DNA of 64,000 bases, from contig OZ244816.1 of NCBI GenBank assembly GCA_965220255.1, forward strand, positions 1,736,491 through 1,800,490, written 5' to 3'. This DNA is from Dehalococcoidia bacterium (GTDB lineage Bacteria > Chloroflexota > Dehalococcoidia > Lucifugimonadales > VXLM01). The translations under genes were made by a program, and so were the position numbers. The notes under the pieces are model-generated. The model made no database searches and was not told where the DNA came from. It saw only the letters and a list, made by a program, of their open reading frames with translations. How positions within the stretch are numbered: position 1 is the first letter of the stretch; each line of letters starts with the position of its first letter. Below are positions 47,827-56,754 of this stretch, in pieces.

Positions 47827-47920
47827 GGGAGTCCTTGCCTGCCCTGAGTTTGACCTGACCAAAATGCTAGAATAGAGATGCAGCCGGAACGTACCCTGAG
47901 GCGTTGAACAGACAACAGGC

Positions 47921-48928
47921 ATGGCAAGACTCGTAACCTTCGGCGAGACCATGGTCTCGTACAACGCCAAGTATATTGGACCGTTCGACCCCTCCGTTGA
48001 CGGGCCCTACGAGGTCTACAGCGCCGGCGCGGAGTCCAATGTGTGCCTCGACCTGCAGCGGCTGGCAGTCCCCGGGCTCGAGACAGTCTGGGTCAGCAAA
48101 CTCGGCAGGGATAAAGAGGGGGACGCGATCCTCAGATCGCTCGAAGGGCGGACGACCGCCATCGCTCCACAGGTCCAAGAGTTTCCGTCCGGCATCGCCT
48201 ACGTGAACCACCTTGAGGACGGCAGCATCGTAAAGTCCTATCGCCGAAAGGGAAGCGCCGCCAGCACAGTATCCATCGACGACGTCCGTCCTCACCTTGC
48301 CGGAGCAGACGCGCTCCACGTCACCGGCATCACTCCCGCCCTCAGCGCGACCACACACGACACGATATTTCAGGCGATCGAGTTTGCCCGCGACAACGAA
48401 ATTCCCGTCACCTTCGACGTGAACTACCGACCGCCGATCTGGGATCCTGCCGAGGCACGCCCCGTCTTCGACCAGATGCTCCCATACTCGTGGGTCTTCA
48501 AGGTTGGACATGATGAGGCCGAGACCGTCTGGGGCTGGGGACTCTCGGCGGAGGAGTACGCCCGCCGCTTCCAGCGCCTGAATGGTCGCCTGGTCATCGT
48601 AACCCGCGACGCCGACGGGGCCATCGCCTGCGACGGCGAGAGTCTGGTCGAACATCCCGGCTACTTGATAGACTTCGTAGATCCCGTCGGCGCGGGCGAC
48701 GCCTTCATCGCCGGATTCCTTGCTGAGGTCTTCCGGCAGGGCACGCTCAAGAGCTTCTTCGCCTCTCATAGAGAGGAACGCCGGAAAACACTTGAACGAT
48801 GCCTCGCAGTCGCCAATGTCTGCGGCGCTCTCATTTGCACCCGCCGCGGAGACACCGAGGCCATGCCTACGGCCGAAGAGGCAGCGGCCTTCCTTGACGC
48901 GCACAGCCATTTGGAACACACACCCTGA
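47921..48928 (+). CDS. PfkB family sugar kinase (KdgK-like)
   Basis: LVTFGETMV N-terminus. DPVGAGDAFIAGFL, GALICTRRG. Confidence 0.85.
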   Translation: MARLVTFGETMVSYNAKYIGPFDPSVDGPYEVYSAGAESNVCLDLQRLAVPGLETVWVSKLGRDKEGDAILRSLEGRTTAIAPQVQEFPSGIAYVNHLEDGSIVKSYRRKGSAASTVSIDDVRPHLAGADALHVTGITPALSATTHDTIFQAIEFARDNEIPVTFDVNYRPPIWDPAEARPVFDQMLPYSWVFKVGHDEAETVWGWGLSAEEYARRFQRLNGRLVIVTRDADGAIACDGESLVEHPGYLIDFVDPVGAGDAFIAGFLAEVFRQGTLKSFFASHREERRKTLERCLAVANVCGALICTRRGDTEAMPTAEEAAAFLDAHSHLEHTP

Positions 48929-48939
48929 AAGCGATAACG

Positions 48940-50994
48940 ATGCTGCGACCGATTCTCCTTCCGTTTGCCGTGATGGCGTTTGCCCTCACCATCGCTTGCG
49001 GTCAAGACCCGGAGTTGGAACCCAGACTTGTGACTCCGACCCCTGTGCCGGACCAGCCCACGGCTACTCCGACTCCGGTGGCTCCTCCAGCCATCGTTCC
49101 ACCGGCTGCCGATCCAACTCCTGCCCCTGCCGACGCCACTGCAGCGACAGCAACTCCGCTCCCCTATAAGTCCTATTTCGTGCCTGACGTATGCCGTACC
49201 AGAGAGCCGCAGGGAGTCATCATGCAGTGCGGCAACCTGGTCGTGCCGGAGAACCGTACCGACCCGGACTCCCGCATGATCGAGCTCCATGTGATCGTCA
49301 TTGGCACGACGTCGAGCAATCCTGCCCTCGACCCGCTGCTGTATCTCTCCGGTGGGCCCGGCTCAAGCATCGTCGAGACGACCGTGTTTCAACTACCCCT
49401 ATTTGAACACTTCCTTGCCGAGCGCGACGTGATCGTCTTCGACCAACGCGGCGTCGGGACCTCCCAGCCAGTTCTTGACTGTTCAGAGGACACGCAGGTC
49501 GTGTTCGAGACTCTCAACCAGCACCTCACCGAAGAGGAACGGAAGAGACTCCACATCGAGGCCATGCGTGCGTGTCGAGACAGACTCGTCGAGGAGGGCG
49601 TCGATCTCACGGGTTACAACACCGCAGAGAACGCCGCCGACGTGAGGGACCTGCGGAACGCCTTGGGCATATCGGAATGGAACATTTACGGCGTTTCCTA
49701 CGGAACGCGACTGGCAATGGCGACAATGCGCGACCACCCTGAGGGCATACGCAGCGTCATTCTCGACTCGGCTTTCCCCCTTGACGTGGACCTCTACCCG
49801 TCGATAGTTCCGAATGCCGAACGCGCATTCAGGAAGCTCTTCGATGAGTGCGCCGCCAACCCCACGTGCAACAGGGCCTATCCAGACCTTGAGTCCAAAC
49901 TCTACGAAGCGGCGAATTTGCTCGACGAGAATCCGGGCCGAACGACCGTACTCAACCCGTTCACCCGCCAGACGCACGAAGTGGTGGTAACCGGCGACCG
50001 GCTCGTCGATACGGTGTTCGACGCGCTCTATGTCAAAGAGTTCATCCCGCTGCTGCCCGAGCTTATATACAACGCCGGTGAGTATGATTTCGAGACGTTT
50101 GAGATCATATTCGGCACGATGCTCGGCCAGATTGATTTCAGCAGTTCCGGCATGCACTTCTCCGTCAACTGCGCCGATGAAGCGCCATTCAGCTCGCAGG
50201 AGAGGGTGGAAGCGTCGTCGAGACTGCACCCTCGTCTGGCGCCATTCCTGGAGCCGGACACGCTGTTCGACGTCTGCAGCTTCTGGGGGGCCAACGCCAC
50301 GCCCGGCCTGAAGGAAGGCATCATTCCCGGGCACATCCCGACGCTCATCCTTGCGGGGGGCTTCGATCCGATCACGCCGCCGGAGTGGGGCCGACGGGCC
50401 GCCTCCGTCCTTGCCGCAGGTCACCTGGTTGAGTTTCCCAGCGCAGCCCACGGCGTTGTGGATTCCAGCGGATGCTCGCTGGACATAACACTGGAATTTC
50501 TCCGATCGCCAGACCGACAGCCGGACGACTCATGCGTTGCGGAACTTCCGCTGCTTGGGTTCAAGACGCCACCTGCCCTCGGCGCCACCCTGGTACCCCT
50601 GGAAGACAGGCAGGTTGGCATCCGAACCGTCGTTCCAGCCGGATGGATCAAGTTCGGTCCGGGCATATACGGCGAGTCATATCGCGGCGCGACCTCGATC
50701 ATCCAACAGGCGGTGCCCACCGACGCAGCTTCACAGATCCTCCCGGCGTTTACCCAGCAATTCGGGATCACGATACCGCAGGAATCCACTCAGACGCTCC
50801 AGTTGGACGGCCTGAAATGGGAAGTCTACCGGCTCTCGCACGGGGAGCGCTCTACCGCCATAGCAATATCGGGTGACGACGAGGGGATGACATTCTTCCT
50901 CATGCTGAATTCCGATGCCGACGAGCACGACGCCCTGTACAGGAATGTCTTCCTCCCCACGCTGGCCGAACTCGAAACCCTGCCAGCACAGTAG
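48940..50994 (+). CDS. Secreted alpha/beta hydrolase (tripeptidyl-aminopeptidase/S33-like) lipoprotein
   Basis: Lipobox LTIACG, Pro/Thr/Ala-rich linker, LSGGPGSS, nucleophile elbow GVSYGT. Confidence 0.75.
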   Translation: MLRPILLPFAVMAFALTIACGQDPELEPRLVTPTPVPDQPTATPTPVAPPAIVPPAADPTPAPADATAATATPLPYKSYFVPDVCRTREPQGVIMQCGNLVVPENRTDPDSRMIELHVIVIGTTSSNPALDPLLYLSGGPGSSIVETTVFQLPLFEHFLAERDVIVFDQRGVGTSQPVLDCSEDTQVVFETLNQHLTEEERKRLHIEAMRACRDRLVEEGVDLTGYNTAENAADVRDLRNALGISEWNIYGVSYGTRLAMATMRDHPEGIRSVILDSAFPLDVDLYPSIVPNAERAFRKLFDECAANPTCNRAYPDLESKLYEAANLLDENPGRTTVLNPFTRQTHEVVVTGDRLVDTVFDALYVKEFIPLLPELIYNAGEYDFETFEIIFGTMLGQIDFSSSGMHFSVNCADEAPFSSQERVEASSRLHPRLAPFLEPDTLFDVCSFWGANATPGLKEGIIPGHIPTLILAGGFDPITPPEWGRRAASVLAAGHLVEFPSAAHGVVDSSGCSLDITLEFLRSPDRQPDDSCVAELPLLGFKTPPALGATLVPLEDRQVGIRTVVPAGWIKFGPGIYGESYRGATSIIQQAVPTDAASQILPAFTQQFGITIPQESTQTLQLDGLKWEVYRLSHGERSTAIAISGDDEGMTFFLMLNSDADEHDALYRNVFLPTLAELETLPAQ

Positions 50995-51000
50995 ATCGGG

Positions 51001-52224
51001 ATGACCCGACTGCTGGACGAGAACCGTCGGTGGCTGGTGCTGGGCACCCTGTTCCTCGCGGCAGGAGCGAACGTGGGGTCGAGCAACTACGCCTTCGGCC
51101 TCTTCGTAGAGCCTTTGGAGGCCACCTTCGGCTGGTCACGCACGGCCATCTCCGCCTCCCTGTCTTTCACTGCTGTCGGCAGCCTTGCTTCACCCATCAT
51201 CGGTCGGCTCATGGACCGGTACGGGGCTCGCCCCGTGCTGGTCATCTCTCTCACCCTCATGGGCATCAGCTTCCTCGTCCGGCCTGCAATGACGGAACTC
51301 TGGCACTGGTACGGGCTGAGCTTCCTGCAGTTCATTGGCATCTCCGGCATAACCGCACTGCCGGCGGGACGGCTGATTGCCATCTGGTTCCCGTACTCGC
51401 AGGGCAGAATCATGGGCATCACGGTCGCCGGGATCAACTTCGGCGGCATTACCATTCCCTTCATCGTCAACGTGACACTGGGAGCGTCGGGCTGGCAGGC
51501 GGCATACGTCGCAATGGGCGTCATCGCCGTGGCCCTGGCGGGGATCGCATTGATCTTCATCCGAGAGCAGCCTTCGGGCGGGCGCGACGACTCCTCAGGG
51601 GCGGCGGCGGGTATGACTACCAACTTGTCAGGTCTCTCACTATCGAAGGCGACGAGAACGCGAAGTTTCTACGCCATCGTGGGTGCGCTGGCCCTCGGCA
51701 GCTTCGCCCACGCGGGGGTTTTCCCTCAACTCATCCCACACTTCAAGGAGCTCGGCGTACGAGCGGAATGGGCTGCCATTACCGTGACGGTGATGGCGGT
51801 TGCGGGCCTTATCTCCAAGCCGACCTTTGGATACGTGTCCGAGCGGATAACCGCCCGCCGAGCAATGATGCTGACGTTGAGCGGGCAGTGTATAGGCTCG
51901 GTGCTGCTCGTGATCTCTCCCGAGTTGGCGTGGGTGGGACTGCCGATCTTCGGGGTCAGCATGGGCGCTCACAGCGCACTGATGCCGCTGCTCGTGCAGG
52001 AGAGCTTTGGGTCGCGCTACTTCGGGAGCATCATGGGGACGGTCACGATGTTCACATTGATCCCGTTCGGTCTCGCCCCGATCATAGCCGGACGGACATT
52101 CGACGTGACCCAGAGCTACACGCTCGCGTACTTGGGATTCGCGGCGCTGTTTGCCGTAGCGGCGGCGGGGCTCACGCAGATGCGTATTCGCGAGGAGGTG
52201 GAGAGAGACTACCCCGCTACCTGA
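51001..52224 (+). CDS. MFS transporter
   Basis: About 12 TM segments. Motif-A-like GRLMDRYGARPV. Confidence 0.85.
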   Translation: MTRLLDENRRWLVLGTLFLAAGANVGSSNYAFGLFVEPLEATFGWSRTAISASLSFTAVGSLASPIIGRLMDRYGARPVLVISLTLMGISFLVRPAMTELWHWYGLSFLQFIGISGITALPAGRLIAIWFPYSQGRIMGITVAGINFGGITIPFIVNVTLGASGWQAAYVAMGVIAVALAGIALIFIREQPSGGRDDSSGAAAGMTTNLSGLSLSKATRTRSFYAIVGALALGSFAHAGVFPQLIPHFKELGVRAEWAAITVTVMAVAGLISKPTFGYVSERITARRAMMLTLSGQCIGSVLLVISPELAWVGLPIFGVSMGAHSALMPLLVQESFGSRYFGSIMGTVTMFTLIPFGLAPIIAGRTFDVTQSYTLAYLGFAALFAVAAAGLTQMRIREEVERDYPAT

Positions 52225-52496
52225 AAGCGCTCGGAGACGGGAGGCTGGGACCAAAGGTCTTCGGCTCCGGCCATCGTGACCTTGCGTTCCGGGCTGGCCT
52301 TCCACTGGTCGTAGATCTCGGCGCTTTCCCAGACCACGAAGGATGTGATCTGCGACGGGTCGGTCATGGAGAGGACTGTGGTGCGGCTGACGAAGCCCGG
52401 CGAATTGGCCTGGGCGCGACCGTTGCCGTCGAGCAGGGCGCGGGCCTCGTCGAACTTGCCGGGTTTGGCCCAATGGTGCGTCAGTACGGCGATCAT
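52209..52496 (-). CDS. Antibiotic-biosynthesis-monooxygenase (ABM) domain protein
   Basis: MIAVLTHHWAKPGKFDEARALL...SFVVWESAEIYDQW. ATG at 52496 preceded by GGGAGG. The 3' end overlaps the convergent MFS gene by 16 nt. Confidence 0.65.
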   Translation of the reverse strand: MIAVLTHHWAKPGKFDEARALLDGNGRAQANSPGFVSRTTVLSMTDPSQITSFVVWESAEIYDQWKASPERKVTMAGAEDLWSQPPVSERFQVAG

Positions 52497-52507
52497 CGTT
52501 GTCCTCC

Positions 52508-53542
52508 CTAGAGGTTGTACTGGGGCTCGATGTAGTCCGGGTCCTTGCGGTACATCTGCAGTCGCCAGCGCTGCGAATCGGATACCACGATGCGTTTTTT
52601 GGCGGGATCGTAGTCGACGCCTGACGGCAGGGCGAAGCGCCACTCAGGCTCAAGCGTCTTCACGCGGCGGCGAGCCTTGAGCACGTCGGCGTTCGAGTCG
52701 ACCTGCTGCTTGTGCCACTTCGCCATTTCCACGGCGTCACCGATGAGGGTCGTAATGAACCTGCCTGTGGCGTCGAATATCTGCACGCGGCTGTTCGCCC
52801 AGTCGCAAACGTAGACATCACCCTCGGGGTCTACGGCTACGTCGGACGGGCGGTTTAACTGGCCGTTGCCAGCGCCGAACGAGCCGAAGGACATGACGTA
52901 GTTCCCATCGGAATCGAGCTTCTGCACGCGGTGGTTCTTGTGATCGGCCACGTAGACGAAGCCGCTAGTGTCTGTTGTGATTCCCCAGGGTGAGTTGAAC
53001 TGACCGGTACCCGCTCCGAGGCTTCCGAATTGTCCGATGTAGGCGCCATCCTTGGAGAGCTTCTGAACACGGTGGTTGAGAGAATCGACAACGTAGAAAG
53101 CCTCATCCGGGCCTAAGGCGATTCCCGCCGCGCCGTTGAACTCGCCGTTGCCTGTGCCTGCGCGACCCCACGTGCTGAGCAACTCGCCGTCAGGGTTGTA
53201 TACGGAGATACGATTGAGCCACTCGTCGCTGACGTAGACGTTCTCGTCGGAGTCGGTGGCGATGCCGGTCGGCCAGACCAGCTCGCCGTCGCCGTCGCCG
53301 TACTGTCCGAACTCGAAGAGGAGCTCCTCGCTGCCGGGAGTGTCGGGGACCTCGTACTTGCCTACTTTGGCGTGAACGGCTGTCTTGTTCCAGGGGACGT
53401 CGGCAAGCTGCTCGTGCTGGCGGCTCAGGACGTAGATGGTGTCGCCGGAACCGAACGCGACGCTAATCGCCATTCCCATGTTTCGGGATCCGACGTTGTA
53501 ATCGTAGTCGTATGTTCTGCCTGCGACGGATTGTGTGAGCAT
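52508..53542 (-). CDS. NHL repeat protein (six-bladed beta-propeller)
   Basis: Repeated G.GNG[EQ]F..P.GIA.D..G.VYV.D..N.R[VI]Q. Start taken at ATG 53542. The alternative GTG at 53590 lies inside a repeat hairpin. Confidence 0.8.
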   Translation of the reverse strand: MLTQSVAGRTYDYDYNVGSRNMGMAISVAFGSGDTIYVLSRQHEQLADVPWNKTAVHAKVGKYEVPDTPGSEELLFEFGQYGDGDGELVWPTGIATDSDENVYVSDEWLNRISVYNPDGELLSTWGRAGTGNGEFNGAAGIALGPDEAFYVVDSLNHRVQKLSKDGAYIGQFGSLGAGTGQFNSPWGITTDTSGFVYVADHKNHRVQKLDSDGNYVMSFGSFGAGNGQLNRPSDVAVDPEGDVYVCDWANSRVQIFDATGRFITTLIGDAVEMAKWHKQQVDSNADVLKARRRVKTLEPEWRFALPSGVDYDPAKKRIVVSDSQRWRLQMYRKDPDYIEPQYNL

Positions 53543-53583
53543 TGGTGGGTGGTGGGTTCTAGGTTCTGGGTTATGGATATTCA

Positions 53584-53620
53584 CCCTCACCCCAGCCCTC
53601 TCCCACGACGGGAGAGGGGG
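53584..53620. repeat. Hairpin repeat module
   Basis: ccctcaccccagccctctcccacgacgggagaggggg. Confidence 0.75.
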
Positions 53621-53640
53621 TTATTCGAAGGTCTCCTTGA

Positions 53641-54771
53641 TTAGTTCAAAAAGCGGGGTTTCTCGAATGTGCCTCCGACTATGGGCTTGGCATCCATTTT
53701 GAGCCAGTCTTCGATGATGGTGCTGTAGACGCCGCGGAAGTCGAGGTTGGGGACGGGGTCGCCCTGTTCGAGGTCCTCGCGCTTGATGGAAGGGTAGGTG
53801 CTGTACTGTCCACCCGCGACGGCGTCGCCGAGCATGAAGACCGCGCCGGCGGCGCCGTGATCGGTGCCTGAGCCGTTGTCGTAGGTACGGCGACCGAACT
53901 CGGAGAAGATGAGCATGATGACGTTGTCCGCCGCGTCGTGCGCCCGGAGGTCGTCGAAGAAGTCCTGGACGCCGCGCGACATGTCGGCGAGGAGCTTGTC
54001 GTGCATCCCGGCCTGATTGGAGTGGCTGTCGTAGCTGCCCTGGTCGACGTAGAAGACCCGCGTCCCAAGGTCGGCCATGTGTATCTGCGCGATGCTTCGC
54101 AGCTTGCGTCCGATGGATGTCTCGGCGTACTCGATGCTGGACTCGTAGCGCTGAGGTGCGACCTTCAGGATGTCGGCTCCCGCAAGCGCGTCGAGTCCCG
54201 TCTGGCCGAGGAAGTCCATCACCGGGCCTGAACCGACGGCGGGACCATAGAGGCGCTTGTAGCGTTCGAGGAGCCGGTCACGCTGTTGTACCTCCTCGAC
54301 ATTGGTCATCAGACCGTAGCTGTCGAGGTTGTCGACGCACGCGACAGGGACGCCAGGCACTGACAGGGCGCGGAACATGCTCGGCCCCATGCTGACGGCC
54401 GTGACGACGTTTTCCTTGTCGGGGTCTAGCTCCCTGACGACCTTGCCGAGCCATCCCTCGGTGCCGAGGGTGTCGGGCTCGCAGGTGTGCCATATATCCA
54501 TCGACCGGAAGTGCGAGCGCGGCGAGTTGGCGTATCCCACGCCATGTATGATGGCGAGGTCTCCTTCGTCGTAGGCGTTCTTGAACGGTCGCATCTCCGG
54601 ATGCAGCCCGACGGTGGAGTCGATGGGAATGACATCCTCTTCTGCCACGCCGACGGTGGGCCGGTAGTCGTAGTACATCCCGTCGGTGTAGGGGATGACG
54701 GTGTTGAGGTAGTCGTTTCCGCCCGTCATCTGGAGGACGACGAGGACGGGTTCTTTGCTGGTGGTCGTCAT
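53641..54771 (-). CDS. DUF1501 domain protein (sulfatase-fold)
   Basis: VLVVLQMTGGNDYLNTVIPY, GYANSPRSHF, SEFGRR..DNGSGTDHG. No Tat or Sec signal at the N-terminus. Confidence 0.8.
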   Translation of the reverse strand: MTTTSKEPVLVVLQMTGGNDYLNTVIPYTDGMYYDYRPTVGVAEEDVIPIDSTVGLHPEMRPFKNAYDEGDLAIIHGVGYANSPRSHFRSMDIWHTCEPDTLGTEGWLGKVVRELDPDKENVVTAVSMGPSMFRALSVPGVPVACVDNLDSYGLMTNVEEVQQRDRLLERYKRLYGPAVGSGPVMDFLGQTGLDALAGADILKVAPQRYESSIEYAETSIGRKLRSIAQIHMADLGTRVFYVDQGSYDSHSNQAGMHDKLLADMSRGVQDFFDDLRAHDAADNVIMLIFSEFGRRTYDNGSGTDHGAAGAVFMLGDAVAGGQYSTYPSIKREDLEQGDPVPNLDFRGVYSTIIEDWLKMDAKPIVGGTFEKPRFLN

Positions 54772-54824
54772 GGTGGTTTCTCCCCGCTCTATCCCTCACT
54801 CCTCGGCGCGGCGCCGACGGAGAC

Positions 54825-56231
54825 TCATGCGAATTGGTAGTCTCGCAGTGCAACGATAAGCTGCAGCAATTCCGTTATGCGCGCTACGGTTCGGTCATAG
54901 CCGCCATTCGACTCCCACGTAAGGGGGCCGCCTTCGGAAGCGTGGTCGACAAGCTCCTGTCTGGATGCCGAATCGACGTCAAGGGGGCCGAGCAGATCGA
55001 GGCAGGTGTCGACGAACTCCTCGGGTGATAGTACGCCCCGATTACGAAGGGCGCCTGTGATCGCCTGGATGCCCGGACGGTTGGCGTCGCTGATCATGTC
55101 GGTGAAGAAATTGGTGCGGGTCATAATCGAGCCGCTGTTAATCCACTCAGGTCCCGTGTGCCAGCCCTCGACGGAGGGTGGATTAAGCAGTTCCTGACCC
55201 ATGTACGAGACTTGCCGGGAGAGGTTGCCAATGCCCGGCGCGGGGAACTCCGAGCCTCCGACGAGTCGGAGCGTACCGATCATCACGTCGACGGGACTCT
55301 TGACCTTCGCAAACTGGGCCTCCTTGAAGAAGTCGGAGTTGAAGAGGAAGCGGAGGGTCTCGCCGATGTCGTAGCCCGTGCAGTAGAGCTTTTCGACGAG
55401 TTGGTCGATGGCAGCGGGGTCGCGAGGCTGGGTCACCGACCAGGCGGGTACCTGCGCCTCGTCGGCCACGAAGAAGGTGTACAGATGCCGCGCTATGAAC
55501 CGCGCCGTGGCGGGCTGACGCAGGACGATGTCAACGATCTCCTCGCCGCTGAGATCGCCCACGTGTCCGAGGAAGCTCTTGTCCGTGTGGTCGTGAATCT
55601 CGTCGCGGTACTCGAACTCCCAGTCGAAACGGCCCATGGGGAACCGGGGCAGCTTTGGGGCCATCGTCCATCCGGTGAAGGCTCGCGAGCACTCGTAGAC
55701 ATCGCCCTCGGTGTAGTTGGTGACGCCCATCGTGAAGAGCTCGAGCAGCTCACGGCCCCAGTTCTCGTTGATGCGGCCGTTGAGGTTCTCGTTGTTGTCG
55801 AGCCAGTAGATCATGGCGGGGTTGCGGGCGACGCTGAGCACGATGTCGCGGAACTTGCCCATGCCGTTGTCGCGGAAGGCGTCGATCATGTCCATGATCT
55901 CGTCCCAATGGTCGACCTTGGAGACGCCGGTGGCGAATATCCCGTGCCAGAAGACGGTCATCTTCTCCTGCAGGGGAGCATTCGTGTTGAGCATCCGGTA
56001 GACCCAGGCAGCGTGCCCCATACCGTAGATGGTGCCGGGCTTCCACGCCCAGGGCTGGTAGCGGTAGAGGTCGTAGATGTCGACCTGCTCCTGAAGGTCG
56101 GGGGACAGGAGCTCCTCGACCGTGGCCTCGTAGCCGTTCGCTACGCGCTCTTCCAGTTCCTCGCGACCCGCACCGAACCCGGCACGGCGCATGAGGTGCG
56201 CCATAAGTGCGATGTCATCCGAATGAGCCAT
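54825..56231 (-). CDS. DUF1800 domain protein
   Basis: MAHSDDIALMAHLMRRAGFGA. ATG at 56231 preceded by GGGAGG with a 7-nt spacer. Classic pairing with DUF1501. Confidence 0.8.
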   Translation of the reverse strand: MAHSDDIALMAHLMRRAGFGAGREELEERVANGYEATVEELLSPDLQEQVDIYDLYRYQPWAWKPGTIYGMGHAAWVYRMLNTNAPLQEKMTVFWHGIFATGVSKVDHWDEIMDMIDAFRDNGMGKFRDIVLSVARNPAMIYWLDNNENLNGRINENWGRELLELFTMGVTNYTEGDVYECSRAFTGWTMAPKLPRFPMGRFDWEFEYRDEIHDHTDKSFLGHVGDLSGEEIVDIVLRQPATARFIARHLYTFFVADEAQVPAWSVTQPRDPAAIDQLVEKLYCTGYDIGETLRFLFNSDFFKEAQFAKVKSPVDVMIGTLRLVGGSEFPAPGIGNLSRQVSYMGQELLNPPSVEGWHTGPEWINSGSIMTRTNFFTDMISDANRPGIQAITGALRNRGVLSPEEFVDTCLDLLGPLDVDSASRQELVDHASEGGPLTWESNGGYDRTVARITELLQLIVALRDYQFA

Positions 56232-56312
56232 GAGAGAACCTCCCACGATATGCGGACCGGCTGAATGAGATTATAGCGAGGTTCCGGCGAATGCGGCAAC
56301 AGGACGGCAGGG

Positions 56313-56731
56313 GTAAATGTTCAGAGTCGGTGAGAAGAACACCCTCACCCCCTGCCTACGCAGGGGCAGGCTCTAGCCCTCTCCCGCGAACGGGCTGACA
56401 GGGGTATGTATTTGACCATCAATCCGGTTCCCTGAATGAGAAAGGATATCCTTCACTGTCATTCTGAGCGCAGCGCAGCGGAGTCGAAGAATCTAAAATG
56501 TCTGTCACAACGTAAAGCTGACACGGCAAATTCTTACCCGGTTTGACTCTTGGTCAAGATACAAGCGTGGCACTGGCTGTCCGGTCTTGCTGTTATGGAT
56601 TTTAGATTCCTCGCTAGGCTCGGAATGACAGGTTGCGGTGGTCGGATCATAGCTGCAAACCCATTTTACATACCCCTGTCAGCCCGTTCACGGGAGAGGG
56701 GAATGGATTACTGCTCTCGCGGGAATGACGG
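56313..56731. repeat. Composite TIR/hairpin element interrupted by the 288-bp MITE
   Basis: gtaaatgttcagag...gaacaccctcaccccctgcctacgcaggggcagg...ccctctcccgcgaacggg [MITE] cccgttcacgggagagggg...tggattactgctctcgcgggaatgacgg. Confidence 0.7.
56395..56682. mobile_element. 288-bp MITE-like element, copy 2 (nested in a hairpin repeat)
   Basis: Same TIRs ctgacaggggtatgta / tacatacccctgtcag. Interrupts the loop of the ccctctcccg-N-cgggagagg hairpin. Confidence 0.7.
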
Positions 56732-56754
56732 TGTGATGAGTATCGGAACGTTCT

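Noticed and set aside
47867-48919. 350-aa minus-strand ORF antisense to the PfkB kinase
   Set aside because: The plus-strand product carries PfkB motifs (DPVGAGDAF). The antisense product has none.
55158-56264. 368-aa plus-strand ORF antisense to the DUF1800 gene. Similar antisense ORFs: 62143-63138, 49483-50451, 35309-36214, 15100-15930, 14171-15103, 22812-23897, 51030-52511, 51640-52653.
   Set aside because: All are mirror-frame ORFs opposite, or frame-shifted against, genes with recognisable motifs. This is an expected artefact of high GC and rare stop codons.
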